A DNA stretch of 64,000 nucleotides from Candidatus Aphodoplasma sp. (GCA_045626925.1 JAZUQZ010000027.1:13459-77458), one strand, 5' to 3'; numbered from the stretch's first letter, positions 27,430 to 39,041 are shown. The notes: a model not told the origin generated them from the letters alone. Numbers and translations: made by a program.

Positions 27430-29892
27430 TTGGTGATGAAACAATATAGTATAACAGGAATGAGTTGTGCGGCGTGTTCTGCCCGTGTGGAAAAAGCCGT
27501 GTCATCATTAGATGGTGTTACCTCCTGCTCTGTTAACCTGCTTACAAATTCGATGAGCGTTGATGGCGATCTGTCAGACGAAGAAATTATAAATGCAGTT
27601 GAAAAGGCGGGCTATGGCGCATCGGCAAAAGATAACGACTCCATTAAAAGTACAGAGGACAAACCTGATAATTTAAATGAAATAAAATCACTTATAAGTC
27701 GTCTTATGTTTTCTCTTATTGTTCTTTTTGTACTTATGTATATTTCTATGGGATATGTAATGTTTGGCTTTCGTCTGCCGGCAATATTTGAAAACAGTAA
27801 TTTATCAATAGGTTTATTGCAGTTGCTTCTTTCAGGAGTTATAATGATTGCAAATCAAAAATTTTATATAAACGGATTTAAAGGACTAATCAATCGTTCC
27901 CCAAATATGGATACATTGGTGGCACTTGGCTCAATATCCGCTTTTGGTTACAGCACAGTTATGCTTTTTGATATGATTATAAACAGTTCAAATCATCTTC
28001 ACGGACTATATTTTGAGGTTGCAGCTATGGTCGTAACGCTAATTACCCTTGGAAAACTACTTGAGGCAAAAGCTAAAGGAAAAACAACAACTGCTTTAAA
28101 AGGGTTAATGAATCTTGCACCTAAAATGGCAACTATTATTAAAGATGACAAGGAGCATATCATAAACGCTAAGGATGTTGCTATAGGTGATATCTTTATT
28201 GTAAAACCGGGCGAGAGCATCCCTGTTGATGGAATTGTAATCGATGGTGAAAGCAGTGTTGATGAATCGGCACTTACAGGCGAGAGTATCCCCGTGGATA
28301 AGAGAGTTGGCACGAGTGTTTCTACTGCAACAATAAATTTGTCGGGGTATTTGAAATGTGAAGCAAAGCGAGTCGGCGAAGATACTACCCTTGCACAAAT
28401 TATAAAGATTGTAAATGATGCTTCAAGCAGCAAGGCACCTATTGCTAAAGTTGCAGACAAGGTGGCGGGGATATTCGTTCCTATCGTAATAGGGATTGCA
28501 CTTCTTACGCTGATAGTATGGCTCATACTTGGCAAAGACTTTGGGTTTTCACTCGCAAGAGCTATCTCTGTTTTAGTTATCAGTTGTCCTTGTGCACTCG
28601 GGCTTGCAACTCCCGTTGCTATTATGGTTGGTAGTGGTGTTGGTGCAAAAAATGGGATTTTATTTAAAACGGCGACTTCTCTTGAAATTACAGGCAAAGC
28701 CAAAATTGTAGCGTTTGATAAAACAGGTACCATAACCGAAGGAAAACCAAAAGTAACGGATATTATTGCCTGTGACAATGTAAATCAAGATGAACTATTA
28801 AATGTTGCGATTGCACTCGAAAAAAACAGCGAACATCCATTGGCAAAAGCAATTATAGAATATGCAAATGAAAATAAAATATCTCCAAAAAGTGTTACTG
28901 AATTTAAGGTAATGCCCGGAAATGGTCTTTGTGGTATTGTAGAGAGTAACCGTGTTTGTGGTGGAAATTTACATTTTATAAGTGACAAGGTTTCTGTTAA
29001 TACAGACATTATTGCAAAAGCTGAAGAACTGTCGAGTGATGGAAAAACGCCTCTATATTTTTGTAAAAACGACAGTTTGCTCGGTATCATTGCAGTTGCA
29101 GACACAATTAAGGATGACAGCAAAAGTGCAATATATGAGATAAACAAGCTCGGAATTAAAACCATTATGATTACGGGCGATAACGAGAAAACTGCCAGAG
29201 CAATCAGCAGTCTGGCAGGCATAACAGAAGTATATGCAAATGTCGCTCCTGCCAAAAAAGAACAAATTATAAAAAATCTTCAAAATCAAGGCACAGTTAT
29301 TATGGTTGGAGACGGCATCAATGATGCTCCTGCACTTACAAGCGCAGATGTTGGTATTGCAATAGGAACAGGAACGGATATTGCAGTAGATGCCGCAGAT
29401 GTGGTCGTGATAAAAAGCAAACTTTCTGATGTTGAACACGCAATTAAACTAAGCCGTAGTGTTTTGAAAAATATCCATCAAAATCTGTTTTGGGCATTCG
29501 GCTATAATTTGATTGGAATTCCTCTTGCTGCAGGGTTGTTTATTCCTTTTGGTCTAACGATGAATCCGATGTTCGGCGCTGCTGCCATGAGTATTTCAAG
29601 CTTTCTTGTAGTGTCAAATGCTTTAAGATTAAATTTTATTAAATTTAATAAAATAAAAGCAATAGAAAAGGAGAGCCAAAAGATGAAAAAGACGATGAAA
29701 ATTGAAGGTATGATGTGTGGACACTGTGAAGCAAGGGTAAAAAAGGTGCTGGAAAGTTTAAGTGAGGTAGCTGAAGCTATTGTAAGTCACACAGACGGGA
29801 AAGCAGTTATTACATTAACAGAAGACATTTCTAATGAAAAGCTTACACAAATTATAAAAGCACAAGATTATAAAGTAATTTCAATAGACTAA
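27430..29892 (+). CDS. copA: Copper-translocating P1B-type ATPase with N- and C-terminal HMA domains
   Basis: GMSCAAC, TGES, CPC, DKTGT, GDGIND, YN/MSISS, C-terminal GMMCGHC. Confidence 0.93.
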   Translation: MVMKQYSITGMSCAACSARVEKAVSSLDGVTSCSVNLLTNSMSVDGDLSDEEIINAVEKAGYGASAKDNDSIKSTEDKPDNLNEIKSLISRLMFSLIVLFVLMYISMGYVMFGFRLPAIFENSNLSIGLLQLLLSGVIMIANQKFYINGFKGLINRSPNMDTLVALGSISAFGYSTVMLFDMIINSSNHLHGLYFEVAAMVVTLITLGKLLEAKAKGKTTTALKGLMNLAPKMATIIKDDKEHIINAKDVAIGDIFIVKPGESIPVDGIVIDGESSVDESALTGESIPVDKRVGTSVSTATINLSGYLKCEAKRVGEDTTLAQIIKIVNDASSSKAPIAKVADKVAGIFVPIVIGIALLTLIVWLILGKDFGFSLARAISVLVISCPCALGLATPVAIMVGSGVGAKNGILFKTATSLEITGKAKIVAFDKTGTITEGKPKVTDIIACDNVNQDELLNVAIALEKNSEHPLAKAIIEYANENKISPKSVTEFKVMPGNGLCGIVESNRVCGGNLHFISDKVSVNTDIIAKAEELSSDGKTPLYFCKNDSLLGIIAVADTIKDDSKSAIYEINKLGIKTIMITGDNEKTARAISSLAGITEVYANVAPAKKEQIIKNLQNQGTVIMVGDGINDAPALTSADVGIAIGTGTDIAVDAADVVVIKSKLSDVEHAIKLSRSVLKNIHQNLFWAFGYNLIGIPLAAGLFIPFGLTMNPMFGAAAMSISSFLVVSNALRLNFIKFNKIKAIEKESQKMKKTMKIEGMMCGHCEARVKKVLESLSEVAEAIVSHTDGKAVITLTEDISNEKLTQIIKAQDYKVISID

Positions 29893-29925
29893 ACATTTAT
29901 ATAAAAAGCTAACAATTAAATATAT

Positions 29926-29957
29926 AAAAACCGCAACGAAAATTCGTTGCGGTTTTT
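29926..29957. terminator. Bidirectional terminator
   Basis: AAAAACCGCAACGAA-AA-TTCGTTGCGGTTTTT. Confidence 0.8.
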
Positions 29958-29970
29958 AATGCCATATTAG

Positions 29971-30921
29971 TTATTCACAACAAGCATCTGCTTTATTTTC
30001 AACTTTTTTTTGAGAATTATCAGGGTCAGTTTTGTCTCCCAAACCTGTTGTTTCCGAGAAAACTACATTAGATTTTACCATTTCAACTGCATCGGTCGGA
30101 ACTATTATCTTTGCAGCCTTTCCATCAGACATAGCAACTAAAGCTTCATATTTTTTTAGTTCAAGAACTGCAGCATCCACACCCGCTTCTTTTAAAGCCG
30201 CAAGACCATCTGCCTCTGCTTTTTTAGATAAATAGATTGCTTTTGCTTCACCTTCAGCCCTAGCAATTCTTGCATCTCTTTCACCTTCAGCTGCAAGTAT
30301 CATCGCCTGCTTGTCTCCTTCTGCACGAGTTATAGCAGCCGCTTTATGCCCCTCAGCTTGAAGCATTGTTTCTCTTCTGTCGCGTTCTGCTTTCATCTGC
30401 TTTTCCATTGCATTTTGAATTTCTGCCGGCGGGATAATATTTTTCAATTCAACCCTGCTTACTTTAATTCCCCATTTATCTGTTGCCTCATCTAGTATAG
30501 ATGTCATCTTTCCGTTAATTGTATCCCTTGATGTGAGTGTGCCATCAAGTTCCAACTCACCAACAATATTTCTCAAGGTCGTTGCTGCTAAATTTGATAA
30601 AGCAGAGATAGGATTAACCGCACCGTAAGCATACAACTTTGCATCATAAATTGCGTAATAAATTACAGTATCAATCTGCATAGTAACATTATCTTTTGTA
30701 ATTACCGGTTGCGGTGGCGAGTCAAGCACTTGTTCTTGTAGTGTAACTCTTTTTGATATTCTTTCTATGAACGGCACCTTGATATGAATGCCTGCGGACC
30801 ATGTTGTCTTATATTTCCCTAGAAACTCAATAACAAATTCATGAGCCTGAGGAACAATTTTAACATTTGGTATTATTATAACTGCAATTATAACCAAAAA
30901 AACTATTGTAAAAGCTCCCAT
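29971..30921 (-). CDS. SPFH/band-7 (stomatin/QmcA-like) protein
   Basis: N-terminal TM, ITKDNV, AMEKQMKAER, AEG repeats. Confidence 0.93.
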   Translation of the reverse strand: MGAFTIVFLVIIAVIIIPNVKIVPQAHEFVIEFLGKYKTTWSAGIHIKVPFIERISKRVTLQEQVLDSPPQPVITKDNVTMQIDTVIYYAIYDAKLYAYGAVNPISALSNLAATTLRNIVGELELDGTLTSRDTINGKMTSILDEATDKWGIKVSRVELKNIIPPAEIQNAMEKQMKAERDRRETMLQAEGHKAAAITRAEGDKQAMILAAEGERDARIARAEGEAKAIYLSKKAEADGLAALKEAGVDAAVLELKKYEALVAMSDGKAAKIIVPTDAVEMVKSNVVFSETTGLGDKTDPDNSQKKVENKADACCE

Positions 30922-31128
30922 AATTTTTACCTCCATATCTTAATGTATATTAAGATTATAATACAAAAAAGAAATATTATTCTTTATACTTTTCGCTTAC
31001 AGTATAACAAAATAATATCACTTTTGTCAAGATAGTCACCATTTATTCATGTTGTGAATCAATCATAACTCATAACTTGCCACAAAGCAAACATAACTGA
31101 AAAAAGCACTTCTTACGAAGTGCTTTTT

Positions 31129-31204
31129 TGGTACACCATCGGGGGCTCGAACCCCGGACACCCTGATTAAGAGTCAGGTGCTCTACCAACTGAGCTAATG
31201 GTGC
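31129..31204 (-). tRNA. tRNA-Lys(CTT)
   Basis: GCACCATTAGCTCAGTTGGTAGAGCACCTGACTCTTAATCAGG...GGTTCGAGCCCC..ACCA; terminator at 31100-31128. Confidence 0.97.
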
Positions 31205-31357
31205 ATATTCATTTTACGCTGTATGATTTCAACCGACTTGTATATTATACACTCATAATAAGCGATTGTCAATATAAATTTAAAATTTTTTATTTTTTAT
31301 TTCAACAAATAAAAAAAGTACCTATCGATACACTATATAATAGGCGCTTTTTTTGAT

Positions 31358-31903
31358 TTAAATTGTAAAATCATATCCGTCACAAATCGGCCCTTTCTTT
31401 AATATACTAAACATAAAAAACGGCATAGTAACAGAAATCAACGAAACAAGTGTGTATACAAGCGTCATATTTTTTGATACATATGAGGAGAATATGCGAT
31501 AAAGCACGCACAGATAAAACGCCGTATATACAATCGGCCATGCAAATGAAAATATAGTCAAAGCTATACCTATAATAATACCCAAAACAGGAATCAAAGA
31601 AAAGAACCCAAGCGCAACGCTAATAAGCCACGCAACAATAGGCGCAAATAGTAAAACGAGCCCCGGATTATCAATGCGCCACTTGCCAAATAGCATCATG
31701 GGACCACAAATACTGCCGAGCAGATATAGGTTTGCATACGGTATCCACGCGAGCCATGCATGATTTGTGTTGCGTTTTTTTGCAAGCTTATAGCGCACAA
31801 TAGAAGAAAAAATATAAAATGCTATTGTCGCAAAAGCAATAAAAATTGTAGAAATAAGCATATAAATTAAAATAACTCCGCCAAACAATCCGATAATATC
31901 CAT
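31358..31903 (-). CDS. Membrane protein (DUF5684-like)
   Basis: Several TM helices; WLAWIP motif. Confidence 0.7.
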   Translation of the reverse strand: MDIIGLFGGVILIYMLISTIFIAFATIAFYIFSSIVRYKLAKKRNTNHAWLAWIPYANLYLLGSICGPMMLFGKWRIDNPGLVLLFAPIVAWLISVALGFFSLIPVLGIIIGIALTIFSFAWPIVYTAFYLCVLYRIFSSYVSKNMTLVYTLVSLISVTMPFFMFSILKKGPICDGYDFTI

Positions 31904-32164
31904 AACTATTACATTTCTCCTTGCATAACAATTATATAAACTTCTTTATACTTATAGTATATATGTTTTTGGAAAAAATAGCAATACATTTATAAAACTT
32001 ATAGCATTTTTAATGTTAAAGTTTACTAATCAAAACTTCTGTTTTAAAAAAATATTTTTCAAACACTCGTAATTATATTGACGGTTTGCAATTATACATA
32101 TATAATATAATTGTTAGTATTATGTTTTGATGTTTGTATTGTTCAGACAGAATAGGAGTATAGG

Positions 32165-32818
32165 ATGTTTTCAAGGCTTCGATATGATATACGCGCGATA
32201 TTAGAGCGTGACCCCGCAGCACGAAACGGGTTTGAGGTGTTTTTTCTTTACACCGGCCTTCATGCAATTATATATCATCGTATTGCAAATTGGTTTTATC
32301 GCCATAATATGAAATTTTTAGCGCGTTGGATATCACAATGCGCAAAGTTTTGGACCGGGATTGAAATTCATCCCGGAGCGACAATTGGCAAGGGACTTTT
32401 TATTGACCATGGTACAGGTGTCGTTATAGGCGAAACTGCTGAAATAGGTGATAATTGTACGATATACCAGGGCGTAACACTTGGTGGTACGGGCAAAGAC
32501 CATGGCAAGCGTCATCCTACACTTGGTAACAATGTTATGGTAGGCGCCGGCGCAAAGGTGCTTGGACCATTTACTGTCGGTGACAATGCAAAAATTGCTG
32601 CAAATGCCGTTGTTTTGTCCGAGGTAGAACCAAACGCAACCTGTGTCGGTGTTCCTGCGCGTGTGGTAAAGCTTGGCAGTGTACGCGTCGCAAGTGTTTC
32701 GAGCGACCTTGACCAGATACACATTCCGGACCCGGTAAGCATGGAAATGTGCAAGTTGCTTGTAAGGCTTGAAACTCTTGAAAAAAGAATTGCACAAAAC
32801 GAACAATCTAATAACTAA
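32165..32818 (+). CDS. cysE: Serine O-acetyltransferase
   Basis: RDPAAR, IEIHPGA, hexapeptide repeats; promoter TTGACG-N17-TATAAT at 32078-32106. Confidence 0.96.
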   Translation: MFSRLRYDIRAILERDPAARNGFEVFFLYTGLHAIIYHRIANWFYRHNMKFLARWISQCAKFWTGIEIHPGATIGKGLFIDHGTGVVIGETAEIGDNCTIYQGVTLGGTGKDHGKRHPTLGNNVMVGAGAKVLGPFTVGDNAKIAANAVVLSEVEPNATCVGVPARVVKLGSVRVASVSSDLDQIHIPDPVSMEMCKLLVRLETLEKRIAQNEQSNN

Positions 32819-32846
32819 TATAAAACTCTATGAAATGGAGAAAAAT

Positions 32847-34247
32847 ATGAAACTTTATAATTCACTTACACGACAGAAAGAAGATTTTGTATCAATTACA
32901 CCCGGAGAGGTTAAAATTTATGCATGCGGTCCGACAGTGTACGACTTTTTTCACATTGGAAACGCACGCCCATTCATTGTGTTCGACACATTGAGAAGAT
33001 ATTTTGAATATATCGGTTACAAGGTTACATTTGTGCAAAATTTTACCGACATAGATGATAAAATGATTAAGCGCGCAAATGAAGAAGGAATCAGCGTAAA
33101 AGAGCTTGCAGACAGATTTATTGCAGAATATAAAGTCGATGCAGAGGGCCTTGGGATTGAAGAAGCAAGCGTACACCCACGCGCAACAGAGCATATAAAT
33201 GAAATAATAGAACTTGTGAAAAAGCTTATTGATGGCGGATATGCATACGAGGTTGATGGCGATGTGTACTACAGCACGAAAAAGTTTGCAGAATATGGCA
33301 AGCTTTCACATCAGCCGCTTGATGAGCTTGAAGCAGGTGCAAGAATAAGCGTCGACGAGCGAAAAAAAGATGCGATGGACTTTGCGCTATGGAAAGCACA
33401 AAAGCCGGGCGAGCCTGCATGGGAGAGCCCGTGGGGTATGGGGCGTCCCGGTTGGCACATAGAATGCAGTGCCATGGCTACAAAATATCTCGGCGAAACG
33501 ATTGATATTCACGCAGGCGGAAAAGACCTTATTTTCCCCCACCATGAAAACGAAATCGCTCAGAGCGAAGCAGCAAACGGCAAACCGTTTGCGCATTTCT
33601 GGCTTCACAATGGATATATAAATATTGATAATATAAAAATGAGTAAATCAAAGGGAAACTTCTTTACTGTGCGCGATATTGTAAAGGATTTTGATTATGA
33701 AGTAGTCCGTTTCTTTATGCTAAGTGCCCATTACAGAAGTCCAATAAACTTTTCGCGCGACTTGCTTTTGCAATCAGCAACTGCTCTTGAAAGGCTTTAC
33801 AACTGCAAGAGCAAGCTCGAATTTGCAATAAATAATGCTTGTGAAGATACAAGTTCTGCAGATGCTGAATTTGTAGCACAAATCGAGCAATGTAAAAAGG
33901 ATTTTTGTGCTGCATTAGATGATGATATAAACACTGCAGGCGCTACCGCAGCAATGTTTGAAATGTCGCGTGCGATAAACACTGCTCTTGATGTTATGCC
34001 TGCACCATCAAAGAACGCATTGGAGAATGCTTTTGACATATTTGCAGAGCTTGGCGGGGTGCTTGGTATTTTGCACAAAAAAGAAAACGACAGTCTTGAC
34101 AGTGATATTGAGGAGCTTATCAAAAAGCGTACAGATGCCCGCGCGGCAAAAGATTTTAAAACAGCTGATGAAATCCGTGACAAGCTCACTGCTATGGGAA
34201 TTATTTTAGAGGATACACCCGGCGGTGTAAAATGGAAAAGAAAATAA
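32847..34247 (+). CDS. cysS: Cysteine--tRNA ligase
   Basis: [24 protein letters not shown]. Confidence 0.98.
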   Translation: MKLYNSLTRQKEDFVSITPGEVKIYACGPTVYDFFHIGNARPFIVFDTLRRYFEYIGYKVTFVQNFTDIDDKMIKRANEEGISVKELADRFIAEYKVDAEGLGIEEASVHPRATEHINEIIELVKKLIDGGYAYEVDGDVYYSTKKFAEYGKLSHQPLDELEAGARISVDERKKDAMDFALWKAQKPGEPAWESPWGMGRPGWHIECSAMATKYLGETIDIHAGGKDLIFPHHENEIAQSEAANGKPFAHFWLHNGYINIDNIKMSKSKGNFFTVRDIVKDFDYEVVRFFMLSAHYRSPINFSRDLLLQSATALERLYNCKSKLEFAINNACEDTSSADAEFVAQIEQCKKDFCAALDDDINTAGATAAMFEMSRAINTALDVMPAPSKNALENAFDIFAELGGVLGILHKKENDSLDSDIEELIKKRTDARAAKDFKTADEIRDKLTAMGIILEDTPGGVKWKRK

Positions 34248-34274
34248 GCTATTTATGCAAAGGAAGGGCGAATA

Positions 34275-34682
34275 ATGCCATATATACCCGACGAAAAAAT
34301 AGAAAATCCAAATTTGTACTCACCGCTTACACTTGCATTTGTCGGTGACGGCGTATATGAGCTTTATGTACGCACACGCCTTATGAAATTTGGTAGCCTT
34401 AATGTGAATAAACTTCATAAATTGGCGATAAACTATGTAAAAGCTGCTGCACAAGCAAAGAGCGTAAAATCAATTCTAGAGCTTTTAAATGAAGAAGAGC
34501 TCTCTATATACAAGCGAGGCAGAAACGCAAAATCTGCTACTGTTCCAAAGAACGCAGATATGACAGACTATCGCATGGCGACAGGGTTTGAAGCGCTCGT
34601 TGGTTATTTGTATCTTTGCGGAGCAGAAAGCCGTCTTTATGAAATAATGAGCCTTGCGTATGATGCAGTAGAAAAAGAGTAA
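34275..34682 (+). CDS. mrnC: Mini-ribonuclease III
   Basis: LAFVGDGVYEL, RGRNAK, ATGFEALVGYL. Confidence 0.93.
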   Translation: MPYIPDEKIENPNLYSPLTLAFVGDGVYELYVRTRLMKFGSLNVNKLHKLAINYVKAAAQAKSVKSILELLNEEELSIYKRGRNAKSATVPKNADMTDYRMATGFEALVGYLYLCGAESRLYEIMSLAYDAVEKE

Positions 34683-34725
34683 ATAATATAATAATATATA
34701 ACTATTTAAGGAGGACAATCATCAA

Positions 34726-35574
34726 ATGGATAACAGCAAAGTAAAAGAGCTTAGCGTGATTGCCGCAAAAGTCAGAAAAAGTGCACTATTAGGTGTATAT
34801 ACTGCAGCATCAGGCCATCCCGGCGGTTCACTTTCCATTGCAGATGTATTGACATATCTGTATTTTGAACAAATGAATATTGATCCAAAAAACCCAAAAA
34901 TGCCCGAGCGTGACAGGTTTGTATTATCAAAGGGGCACTGTGCTCCTGCACTTTATGGAGTGCTCGCACAACGCGGGTTTTTTAATCCCGACGATATTGC
35001 TGAACTCAGAAAATTTGGAAGTTATCTCCAAGGACACCCTGATATGAAGGGCATACCCGGCGTAGATATGTCTACTGGCTCACTCGGACAAGGCGTTAGT
35101 GCGGCAAATGGTATGGCGCTTAGTGCAAAGCTTAGTGGCATGGATTACAGAGTATATACTGCTACCGGTGACGGCGAGCTTGAAGAAGGACAGGTTTGGG
35201 AGGCAGCAATGTTTGCCGCTCATTACAAGCTTGATAATCTTACACTATTTGTTGATAATAATGGCCTACAGATTGATGGTGATATTACAAAAGTAATGAA
35301 TCCGATGCCTATCAAAGAAAAATATGATGCGTTCGGTTGGCACACAATCGAAATCGATGGTCATGACTATAACCAGATTGAAAGCGCTATAAACGAAGCA
35401 AAAACAATAAAGGGCAAGCCTACCGCAATTATTTGCAAAACGATAAAGGGTAAAGGCGTATCGTTTATGGAAGGACAAGCAAGCTGGCATGGTTCGGCTC
35501 CAAATGAAGAGCAGTATAATGCTGCAATTAAAGAGCTTGATGAGTTTATTGGCGGATTGGAGGCTGGTATTTGA
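34726..35574 (+). CDS. tkt: Transketolase N-terminal subunit
   Basis: SGHPGGS, LSKGH, GDGELEEG. Confidence 0.94.
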   Translation: MDNSKVKELSVIAAKVRKSALLGVYTAASGHPGGSLSIADVLTYLYFEQMNIDPKNPKMPERDRFVLSKGHCAPALYGVLAQRGFFNPDDIAELRKFGSYLQGHPDMKGIPGVDMSTGSLGQGVSAANGMALSAKLSGMDYRVYTATGDGELEEGQVWEAAMFAAHYKLDNLTLFVDNNGLQIDGDITKVMNPMPIKEKYDAFGWHTIEIDGHDYNQIESAINEAKTIKGKPTAIICKTIKGKGVSFMEGQASWHGSAPNEEQYNAAIKELDEFIGGLEAGI

Positions 35575-35575
35575 T

Positions 35576-36529
35576 ATGGCAGAGAATAAAAGTATTGCAA
35601 CAAGACTTGCATTTGGACAGGAGCTTGCAAAAGTTGGTGCAAGAGAAGATATTATCGTTTTAGACGCCGATTTGAGCAAATCGACAATGACCGCCGTTTT
35701 TAAAGAATCATATCCAGAGCGTCATATAAACTGTGGCATTGCAGAAGGCAATATGATGGCTACTGCGGCAGGACTTGCAAGTTGTGGCAAAAAAGTGTTT
35801 GCAGCAAGCTTTGCTATGTTTGCCGCCGGCAGAGCATATGAACAGATTAGAAACTCTATTGCATATCCGTCACTTCCGGTCGTGGTTGTTGGCTCACACG
35901 CAGGCGTTACAGTCGGAGAGGATGGTGCTTCACATCAATGCATCGAGGATGTTGCTCTTATGCGCGCAATTCCTAATATGACGGTTATATCCCCTGCTGA
36001 TGGTACAGAAGCAGCAGCAGCGGTGCGCGCGCTCATTGATTATGACAAGCCCGCATATCTTCGTGTGAGCAGACTTGCTATGCCGATACTTTTTGATGAA
36101 AACGAGTATGGCAAGTTCGAAATCGGCAAAGGCCGTTTAATGCGTGAAGGAAACGATGTGACAATTATTGCAACCGGACTTTTGATGCATGAAGCGATAA
36201 AGGCAGTTGATATGCTCGAAGCAGAAGGCATAAGCGTGCGTCTTGTAAATATGCCGACAATAAAACCAATTGATAAAGATATTGTAATAGAATCCGCAAA
36301 GAAAACAGGCGCCATCGTATGTGTAGAAGAACACAATATAATCGGTGGTCTCGGTGATGCTGTCGCAAGTGTTTTGGCACAAAATTGTCCGACTCCGATG
36401 GAAATAGTCGGCATTCGTGACAAGTTTGGTGCATCCGGCAAGCCAAATGTGCTTCTTGATGAATACAAGCTTAGTGCACCACACATTGTTGCATACACAA
36501 AATCAGTATTAGAGCACAAAAATGTATAA
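35576..36529 (+). CDS. tkt: Transketolase C-terminal subunit
   Basis: DADLSKST, GIAE, GEDGASHQ. Confidence 0.94.
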   Translation: MAENKSIATRLAFGQELAKVGAREDIIVLDADLSKSTMTAVFKESYPERHINCGIAEGNMMATAAGLASCGKKVFAASFAMFAAGRAYEQIRNSIAYPSLPVVVVGSHAGVTVGEDGASHQCIEDVALMRAIPNMTVISPADGTEAAAAVRALIDYDKPAYLRVSRLAMPILFDENEYGKFEIGKGRLMREGNDVTIIATGLLMHEAIKAVDMLEAEGISVRLVNMPTIKPIDKDIVIESAKKTGAIVCVEEHNIIGGLGDAVASVLAQNCPTPMEIVGIRDKFGASGKPNVLLDEYKLSAPHIVAYTKSVLEHKNV

Positions 36530-36533
36530 ATAC

Positions 36534-36562
36534 TTGACAAGAATATGTACTTTGTGTATAAT
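36534..36562 (+). promoter_or_regulatory. Consensus sigma-A promoter of scfAB
   Basis: TTGACA-N17-TATAAT. Confidence 0.8.
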
Positions 36563-36613
36563 ATTAACAGTTAATATTTTGCAGTATCATTATGATTTTA
36601 GGAGGATATAAAA

Positions 36614-36760
36614 ATGAAACACATTACAACATTAAACAGCGCAACATTAAAGAATTCTGCAGCAAAGGGTGGTTGTGGCGAGTGTCAGACTTCATGTCAG
36701 TCTGCTTGCAAGACCTCGTGCACAGTTGCAAACCAAAAGTGCGAAAGACTTTCAAAATAG
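36614..36760 (+). CDS. scfA: SCIFF ranthipeptide precursor (48 aa; absent from the ORF track)
   Basis: MKHITTLNSATLKNSAAKGGCGECQTSCQSACKTSCTVANQKCERLSK; GGAGG RBS. Confidence 0.96.
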   Translation: MKHITTLNSATLKNSAAKGGCGECQTSCQSACKTSCTVANQKCERLSK

Positions 36761-36833
36761 TGTTTGCTTAAAGGGGCACATATTGTGTCCCTTTATTTTT
36801 ATTTTATAAAATTTCTTGATAGGAGAATTTATC

Positions 36834-38207
36834 GTGATACATTTTTATAAATTGCTTGATAAAAATATTGTACTCGATGTATATAGCGGTGCGGTACATA
36901 TGCTTGATAATGTTGCGTATGATGTCGTGGCACATTTTGGTCAAAACTTTGAAAAAAGTGATAAAGCATTATGCTCACTTGTGGAGGCGCTCGGCAAAAA
37001 ATATACCAAAGAGCAAATCAAGGATGCATATGATGAAATATGCGAGCTATATGAGAACGACCTTTTATACACAAACGACATATATGCCGAATATGCAAAA
37101 AAGCTTGACAAGCGCTCGGTTGTAAAGGCGATGTGCCTTCATATAGCACACGATTGCAACCTTCGTTGTAAGTATTGCTTTGCCGATACTGGTAGTTTTC
37201 ATCGTTCTCGTTCAATGATGAGCGCTGATGTCGGCAAAAAGGCGATTGATTTTGTTATAAAAAACTCCGGCAATCGTAAAAATATAGAAATTGATTATTT
37301 TGGTGGCGAGCCATTGATGAATTTTGATGTTGTGCGCCAGATTACAGAATATGCAAAAGAACAAGGCAAAAAGCACTCTAAAAACTTTCGCTTTACTATA
37401 ACGACAAACGGACTTTTGCTTGATGAGAATAAAAAGAAGTACATAAACGAAAATATGTCAAACATTGTTTTAAGCATAGATGGAACAAAAGAGGTAAACG
37501 ACAAAGTGCGCGTACGCGTTGACGGAAGCGGGAGCTATGACTCAATAGTGCCAAAGTTTAAAGATATTGCCGAGTCAAGAAATCAGGATAATTATTATGT
37601 GCGTGGCACATTTACGGCATATAATCTTGATTTTGCAAAAGATGTATTGCATCTTGCTGACCTTGGTTTTAAACAAACAAGTGTAGAGCCGGTTGTGGCG
37701 CCGTATGAAGAGAGCTATGCCCTTCGTGAAGAACACCTGCCGACTATATATGCCGAATATGAAAAGCTTGCTCGTGAATATGTCGACAGACGCAAAAACG
37801 GCAAAGCGTTCAACTTTTTCCACTTTATGATTGACCTTACACAAGGGCCTTGTGTCATAAAGCGTATGTCAGGCTGTGGCAGTGGACACGAATACATAGC
37901 GGTAACACCTGAAGGTGATATATACCCATGCCACCAATTTGTCGGCAACGAGGATTTTAAAATGGGCAGTGTAATGGACGGAAGCTTTGATGAAGATATC
38001 AAAAATACATTTATGCGCTCAAATGTTTATACAAAAGAAGCATGCAGCGAATGTTTTGCAAAGTTTTATTGTTCAGGCGGTTGTCCTGCAAACGCATACA
38101 ACTTTAACAAAGACATTGACAAGCCGTACAAGCTCGCTTGTGATATGGAACGAAAACGCGTTGAATGTGCACTCGCAATTGCGGCATGTCTTAGTGAAGA
38201 GCAGTAA
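36834..38207 (+). CDS. scfB: SCIFF radical SAM/SPASM maturase
   Basis: CNLRCKYC, GGEP, SPASM cysteines; follows scfA. Confidence 0.96.
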   Translation: MIHFYKLLDKNIVLDVYSGAVHMLDNVAYDVVAHFGQNFEKSDKALCSLVEALGKKYTKEQIKDAYDEICELYENDLLYTNDIYAEYAKKLDKRSVVKAMCLHIAHDCNLRCKYCFADTGSFHRSRSMMSADVGKKAIDFVIKNSGNRKNIEIDYFGGEPLMNFDVVRQITEYAKEQGKKHSKNFRFTITTNGLLLDENKKKYINENMSNIVLSIDGTKEVNDKVRVRVDGSGSYDSIVPKFKDIAESRNQDNYYVRGTFTAYNLDFAKDVLHLADLGFKQTSVEPVVAPYEESYALREEHLPTIYAEYEKLAREYVDRRKNGKAFNFFHFMIDLTQGPCVIKRMSGCGSGHEYIAVTPEGDIYPCHQFVGNEDFKMGSVMDGSFDEDIKNTFMRSNVYTKEACSECFAKFYCSGGCPANAYNFNKDIDKPYKLACDMERKRVECALAIAACLSEEQ

Positions 38208-38221
38208 AATATAATTAAAAT

Positions 38222-38254
38222 AAAAAAACAGAGCAATATTGCTCTGTTTTTTTT
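38222..38254. terminator. Bidirectional terminator
   Basis: AAAAAAACAGAGCAATATTGCTCTGTTTTTTT palindrome. Confidence 0.8.
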
Positions 38255-38264
38255 ATAAAATTTA

Positions 38265-39020
38265 TTAGCCTCTTTTTCGCATTACTTCGTACATGAGCAC
38301 ACCTGCTGCAACAGATGCATTAAGGCTGTTTATTTTACCCTTCATCGGTATGCTTATAAGAAAATCACAGCTTTCCTTAACAAGTCTGCTCATCCCTTCA
38401 CCCTCAGAACCGATTACAACAGCAATCGGACCACTCAAATCCGCTCCATAGATGTCATTTTCTCCATCTGCATCTGTACCATATACCCATATACCCGCTT
38501 TTTTTAAATCATCAATACAGCGTGAAAGGTTTGTAACCTTTGCAATCTTCATGTATTCGGTTGCACCTGCGGCTGCTTTTGCACAGGTAGCCGAAAGACC
38601 AACACTTCTATGTTTTGGAATGATTACGCCGTGTGCCCCGCAACAATGCGCCGTACGGATTATCGACCCAAGGTTGTGTGCATCATTTAACGAATCACAT
38701 ATTACGATAAATGGTGGCTCGCCACATTCCTTTGCATAGGCCAAAATATCATCTACACTTGCATATTCTGCTGCCGCAACATATGCTATGATGCCTTGAT
38801 GTGCGCCTGTTTGGCTTATTGCATCAAGCTTTGAGCGTTCGACCTCACTTATAAGTATGCGTTTTTCCTTTGCAAGTGCAATTATGCGTGTTATCGAACC
38901 TTTATTATCAGATTTTGCAATCAATATTTTGTCGATTTGTCTTCCGCTTTTGAGCGCCTCAAATACAGGATTTCGTCCTTCTAATATATCATCACGCTCT
39001 TCTTTTGCGTTATTATTCAT
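38265..39020 (-). CDS. rlmB: 23S rRNA Gm2251 methyltransferase (SpoU family)
   Basis: HNLGSIIR, IGSEGEG, SLNASVA. Confidence 0.93.
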   Translation of the reverse strand: MNNNAKEERDDILEGRNPVFEALKSGRQIDKILIAKSDNKGSITRIIALAKEKRILISEVERSKLDAISQTGAHQGIIAYVAAAEYASVDDILAYAKECGEPPFIVICDSLNDAHNLGSIIRTAHCCGAHGVIIPKHRSVGLSATCAKAAAGATEYMKIAKVTNLSRCIDDLKKAGIWVYGTDADGENDIYGADLSGPIAVVIGSEGEGMSRLVKESCDFLISIPMKGKINSLNASVAAGVLMYEVMRKRG

Positions 39021-39041
39021 AATCTTTCTCCCAAATGCCTG

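Noticed and set aside
27999-28778. Long antisense ORFs (e.g. within copA, alr, dnaX and the TIM-barrel gene)
   Set aside because: Shadow frames of well-supported genes, with no RBS or recognisable motifs.
32040-32165. T-box leader for cysE-cysS
   Set aside because: The leader after the promoter is only about 55 nt and has no T-box motif or terminator.
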